Shown here: piece after piece, positions 60,472 to 64,000 of the stretch
How positions within the stretch are numbered: the first letter of the stretch is position 1
Layout of the letters: every line of letters begins with the position of its first letter
NCBI GenBank assembly: GCA_027339965.1
Contig: DAHWNL010000009.1
Span: forward strand, 1-64,000
DNA length: 64,000 nucleotides
From: Granulicella sp.
GTDB taxonomy: Bacteria; Acidobacteriota; Terriglobia; Terriglobales; Acidobacteriaceae
Direction of reading: 5' to 3'
Position numbers and translations under genes: made by a program
The notes under the pieces: generated by a model
The model's input: the letters and a program-made list of their open reading frames with translations, nothing else
The model's database searches: none
Told to the model about the DNA's origin: nothing

Positions 60472-61214
60472 AATTTTCCAGTTCAGGCAGAGCGGGACAC
60501 CTCAACTTTGATGGGCGTCTTCTCCCATCAAGACGTCTCAGCCGGCTCGCTTGAGGGGATCGATCCAAACAAGGCGATTTCTAACAGCCGTGCGGGAGTC
60601 TTACAGGTCCCGGCTGGCATCATGGCCTTCCCATCATGTTCCTGGCAGGAGATTCATCGTGCCGCAACCCGGTCAAGCAGATAACGTACGATAGTTTTCG
60701 CACATTTGATTTCGGTTGCGGCTACGGAGGTTGGGACAAGCAAGAGGAGCGGGACCTCTGAGGGGAGAACGATGCAGCCAACCATGGAAGCGGGAGCGAG
60801 ACCGGACGGAGAGGCCAGCGCAACCCTTGCTCCGCAGCCCGCCGCCGAAACGTTCTAGATGCGGAGCAGCAACAACCCGACGTTCACAAGCGAATAAGAC
60901 TGCGGCATTGGAACCGAAGCTGGTCTTGGCCGCTTTCGATAGCCAAGACGCTGTCTGAACTCGATGATCCGCTGGATCGTTCACCGCAACCGGATCGCGA
61001 ACGGTAAGAATCGGCCGCAGGAAGGTACGATAAAAGTTTGCGGCGAATACAAGACCAAAGGGCAGGCGAAGGCGGACGTAGTCCGAATGCCTGCCGAGAT
61101 TAGCGAATTGGCTCTGAAGAATCCCTTCTTAAAGACAGCTCTCAGCGTGGCCGGCCGGCTGAGCGCGCGCGCTTCGTTTGCCCATGACGAGGCGTCTGTG
61201 TTGGAATAACCCTG

Positions 61215-62669
61215 ATGCGAAGACGTATATTCTTGCAGTCATCGTTGTTGACCTCCGCTTCCATGCTGCTCTGCCGCAGCGGCTGGACAGAGACGGTATC
61301 CCCTTCTCCGGTCGTCGTAGATCTGACTATGGACCTCTCTGTTCAAGGACATGTCATCCCGCCAGATTTCACGGGTTTGAGCTACGAGCAAACCCAGCTT
61401 TCGAATCCAGAGTTCTTCTCAGCTTCTAATTCCCAGCTGGTAGGGATGATCTCCAGGCTGGGAAGACATGGCGTGCTTCGCCTCGGTGGAGATACCAGCG
61501 AGTATACGTTCTGGGACCGAAGCGCCAAGCCTTCAGGAATTTCCTTGAAGACCACTGCGGGTCCAGACACGGGCCAACATCCCATTCGGCCCGCAACGAT
61601 CACACCCGATGCGATCCGGCAGCTCAAGACCTTTCTCGATCAGACAGGTTGGAGCGTGATCTATGGTCTCAACCTCGGGCAAGGCACTCCGGAAAGGGCA
61701 GCCGACGAAGCCGCATTTGTCATGCAGACCCTGGGGCGAGAGAAGATTTTGGCATTCCAGATAGGCAACGAGCCTGACGCCTTTACACTCAATCGCCTAC
61801 GGCCCAACACCTGGGGCTTGGACGACTATCTGCTGGAATGGGACCGCTTCTTTCAGGCAGTGCGGGCGCGCGTGCCGGGTGCGCCTTTTGCTGGTCCGGA
61901 TACTGCCACCCATCTGAACTGGCTTCTGCCTTTTGCCAGGAAGTTTCAGCATGAAATCAAGTTTCTTTCATCTCACTACTATGCCGTCCACAGGCCAACC
62001 GGAACAATTGATCGCCTCCTAACTCCGAACGAACGTCTGCAGTTGGAGATCGCTGCCTTTCAGCAAGCGGAGCAGGAGACAGGCTTGAAGTTCCGAATGA
62101 CGGAAACAAACTCCTGCCCAAGCGGGAAAGAGGGCGTGAGCGATACATTCGGAGCGGCGATTTGGGCTGCAGACTATATGTATCAACTTGCCGAAGCCGG
62201 CTGCATCGGCATCAACTTTCACGGCGGCGGTTATGGCTGGTATACACCGATTGCAGGCAACCCGGAAAACGGCTTCTTAGCCAGGCCGGAGTACTACGGT
62301 TTGCTGCTGTTCGCCAAAGCTGGTCCAGGGAGGCTGGTAAGCACCAAGCTCAGCGGAACCGAGGCTTCTCCTCACCTGACCGCCTACGCGCTCCGCGGCC
62401 TGGATGGCCGTTTGCGGCTGGCATTATTCAACAAGAACGTAGACCGCAACGCAGTCGTCAGGATCCATGGCGCCAACGCCCGCAGTGCAACGGTGACGCG
62501 CCTGACAGCTCCACGGCTCAGTGATACGACAGACGTCACCTTGGCCGGGAGTGTCGTGGGCGCAGACGGCAACTGGACCGTTTTAGTGGAAGAGCGCTTG
62601 TCGAGCCATGAGGGGGTTTACTCGGTCTCTGCGAAGCGCGGATCGGGTGTCTTGATCGTTTTTGGCTAA
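61215..62669 (+). CDS. GH79 beta-glucuronidase/heparanase-like glycoside hydrolase, Tat-exported
   Basis: MRRRIFL signal; GLSYE, LRLGG.T, IGNEPD (acid/base), HYY, RMTETNS (nucleophile), GVSDTFG, GINFHGG, RPEYYG. Confidence 0.9.
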   Translation: MRRRIFLQSSLLTSASMLLCRSGWTETVSPSPVVVDLTMDLSVQGHVIPPDFTGLSYEQTQLSNPEFFSASNSQLVGMISRLGRHGVLRLGGDTSEYTFWDRSAKPSGISLKTTAGPDTGQHPIRPATITPDAIRQLKTFLDQTGWSVIYGLNLGQGTPERAADEAAFVMQTLGREKILAFQIGNEPDAFTLNRLRPNTWGLDDYLLEWDRFFQAVRARVPGAPFAGPDTATHLNWLLPFARKFQHEIKFLSSHYYAVHRPTGTIDRLLTPNERLQLEIAAFQQAEQETGLKFRMTETNSCPSGKEGVSDTFGAAIWAADYMYQLAEAGCIGINFHGGGYGWYTPIAGNPENGFLARPEYYGLLLFAKAGPGRLVSTKLSGTEASPHLTAYALRGLDGRLRLALFNKNVDRNAVVRIHGANARSATVTRLTAPRLSDTTDVTLAGSVVGADGNWTVLVEERLSSHEGVYSVSAKRGSGVLIVFG

Positions 62670-62870
62670 AGCTAGTTTCATAAACATCTCCGCCGTGTGA
62701 TCCGCAGGCAGGCAAGGTCGCAGAAGGCTCTGCACGTGAGCAGGACCTGCCCGTGGCGAACAGGCAGCCTACGGAACTGTCCGAACCATGCGTTGGCGCG
62801 GTCGCTCCGTTTGTTCGGAAAGTTTTGGGGTTTTCTAAGTGGAAGAGCCGTTCGCGATCGTCGAGGCCGT

Positions 62871-62909
62871 GGAAAGGTGAAGATCGGTTTCATCGATCTT
62901 CACCTTTCC
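62871..62909. terminator. Perfect 16-bp hairpin between convergent GH genes
   Basis: GGAAAGGTGAAGATCG-GTTTCAT-CGATCTTCACCTTTCC. Confidence 0.6.
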
Positions 62910-63219
62910 GCCGCCGGCCAGGTGCGTGTCAAGCTGAAGTCTCTATATCGAAGTGCAAGAATCTGGTGGCAGCTCAGCGAGTTAGCTCATTTTGGCCAGT
63001 TGAGTGAGTGGCCACATTCGGCTTTCGATTGGCGATCAGCAGGGGGTCAGCGATAGCTCCCGCGAAAGTCTGAGCAGGTCTGCTCCGGCATCTTCCCTTG
63101 GCGACTGTATGACAACGGGACTGGTTCGCAGCCCTCAACCCGCCCTTAGGTAGCCCGGTACCCCAGTTCATCCAAAGCCGCCTTGGCTCTGATTAGCCCT
63201 TCTGCGGGAAACCGTAGGC

Positions 63220-63999
63220 TCAAACGATCTCCCAAGACTGCAACCTGGCAATCTCTGCTCCGCTCCCACGCGCCACCAACACCAGGTTTACGCTCCCATC
63301 GGCCGAATCAATAGGAATCATAAAATCGCCATACTTTTCCCATCCGCCCGTATTGTGAATCATGGCATGTCCCAGAAGCTCACCCTCTGGATGATCTCGC
63401 CGAACCTCGATACTAGCCATTTCGTCTGCCTGGCTCGAACAATGGAGAATCAGTTTCGCATTCGTGGGAACATTCAGCACATTGGGATAAACGAGAAAAC
63501 TACCATCCGCAAGCCCTCTCACCTCAAAGCCACCTTCCGGGGCCTCCCGGATATACCCGCCCTGGATCTTAAAGTAATCCGCTGCCCCAACCTTGCCTCG
63601 CGCAGCATCATATCTGCCGACACCCACACTTCCAATGTGAATAGGAGCTATCTCTCCATTATCTCGATAATGAATGTAAGAGAGAATCGAGTTTCTGAAA
63701 AACTTCTGACTCCCTTTCTGACTCGCATCGTTGCAGGCAAAGTACCACTGACCGTTGAACTCAAAGAATGACCCATGACGGTCATGTACGATATTGTCCG
63801 TTCGGAAATCTGGTTCAGTATCTTCGAGATTTACAATGGAACCCTTGCATACGAAGGGTCCATACGGACTCTTGCCCATCGCATAGAAGCATCCCCATGA
63901 AAGATAGTAAACTCCATTCCGTTTGTGCAGAAATGGCTTATCGTCTGTCTTGCCGACTCCATATGGTCCGACCTTTTTTTCGATCTCAATGAGACGAGG
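63220..63999 (-). CDS. GH43-like glycoside hydrolase with C-terminal CBM6 (partial; N-terminus beyond window)
   Basis: Frame is open to the window edge (..TDDKPFLHKRNGVYYLSW..SPYGPF..HGSFFEFNGQWYF); C-terminal module with IEVRRD...TGGWEKY. Confidence 0.8.
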   Translation of the reverse strand, partial: PRLIEIEKKVGPYGVGKTDDKPFLHKRNGVYYLSWGCFYAMGKSPYGPFVCKGSIVNLEDTEPDFRTDNIVHDRHGSFFEFNGQWYFACNDASQKGSQKFFRNSILSYIHYRDNGEIAPIHIGSVGVGRYDAARGKVGAADYFKIQGGYIREAPEGGFEVRGLADGSFLVYPNVLNVPTNAKLILHCSSQADEMASIEVRRDHPEGELLGHAMIHNTGGWEKYGDFMIPIDSADGSVNLVLVARGSGAEIARLQSWEIV

Positions 64000-64000
64000 C

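Noticed and set aside
1..64000. CRISPR arrays, tRNA or rRNA genes, prophage genes
   Set aside because: No regularly spaced repeats, cloverleaf signatures, rRNA-like tracts or phage hallmark proteins seen by eye; tRNAscan and CRISPR finders were not run.

Overview
GC-rich bacterial chromosome segment, most likely from an acidobacterium (Terriglobia-type gene families: Oar-like TonB-dependent receptor, VWFA-related protein, AcGlcA79A-like GH79, split nuo cluster). Core DNA alternates with visibly lower-GC cargo. (i) 1-10.9 kb: cargo between IS66 and IS701 remnants (POT transporter, DPP-IV, GH95, cis-3-hydroxyproline dehydratase-like enolase, GntR). (ii) 11-22 kb: an MtrA/DmsE decaheme cytochrome plus MtrB-like porin pair behind a perfect TGTGA-N6-TCACA box, a VWA protein, a K+-independent H+-PPase, a BNR beta-propeller + ubiquitin-like (ThiS/MoaD) pair, and DUF1015. 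(iii) ~22.3-38.2 kb: a PUL-like island (TBDR, sulfatase, GH106, unknown Tat protein) flanked by a ~280-bp diverged direct duplication of the DUF1015 3' end. (iv) 38.6-45.5 kb: thiG, a GH89 + HGSNAT-like pair, a candidate structured ncRNA, DUF3592 and prepilin peptidase. (v) 45.5-60.5 kb: a complex I cluster lacking nuoB and nuoI, with an extra Fe-S motif in NuoG, an inserted 105-aa gene and an uncalled 37-aa membrane ORF coupled between nuoJ and nuoK. (vi) 61-64 kb: GH79 and a partial GH43-CBM6 gene. Several genes look leaderless (TAnnnT 5-8 nt before ATG). No rRNA, tRNA or CRISPR array was seen. All family calls come from motif recognition by eye; no searches were run.
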